Of a DNA stretch of 64,000 bases, positions 63,831-64,000 are shown in pieces. Location: the NCBI RefSeq assembly GCF_011386835.1, contig NC_088807.1, positions 20,522,001 through 20,586,000 of the forward strand. The letters are read 5' to 3'. This DNA is from Chrysemys picta bellii. Lineage: Eukaryota. The translations under genes and the position numbers were made by a program. Numbering within the stretch: the stretch's first letter is position 1; each line of letters opens with the position of its first letter. A model generated the notes under the pieces. The model did not search any database. It saw only the letters and a list, made by a program, of their open reading frames with translations, and was not told the DNA's origin.

Positions 63831-64000
63831 GGATCTTTCCCCCTGTGAATTTGCCCTATGCCTGGCAGTGCCCCCGGGGTGGCTTGGACCCATCCCCCAC
63901 TCTGCCACGCAGCCTTGGGGGGCCCCCATCATGCTCCCATCTTTCTGTCCCAGCCCAGAGCCCTCAGTCACTCCTTCGTTCGGCCGCTCTCTCTTTCCCT

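Overview
Vertebrate genomic DNA, almost certainly from a turtle. It carries a tRNA-derived tortoise-type SINE with a CR1 tail, CR1 LINE 3' ends with TTCTTATG repeats and a Penelope-like element. The window is a GC-rich, gene-dense block syntenic with human 19q13.33. I spliced five complete protein-coding genes by hand, all with consistent phases and open frames: KDELR1 (+, 5 exons, 212 aa), SYNGR4 (-, 4 coding exons, 233 aa), TMEM143 (+, 8 exons, 428 aa, one GC-AG intron), EMP3 (-, 4 coding exons, 163 aa) and ODAD1/CCDC114 (+, 14 coding exons, 561 aa). At the left, probable 5' exons of a minus-strand gene lie where synteny predicts GRIN2D. At the right, the 5' end of an unidentified plus-strand gene appears to begin. 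Introns are packed with GC-rich minisatellites and two dispersed short repeat families. The 15-24 kb segment is instead AT-richer and filled with classical transposons. There are two assembly gaps. The best leads are regulatory: an 8-copy DR1 nuclear-receptor array beside three NRF1 sites at the SYNGR4/TMEM143 bidirectional promoter, CTCF-motif minisatellites in convergent orientation, orphan RFX X-boxes, and a minimal hammerhead-like motif in the Penelope copy. Gene identities rest on recalled family sequences and gene order. No database search was run.
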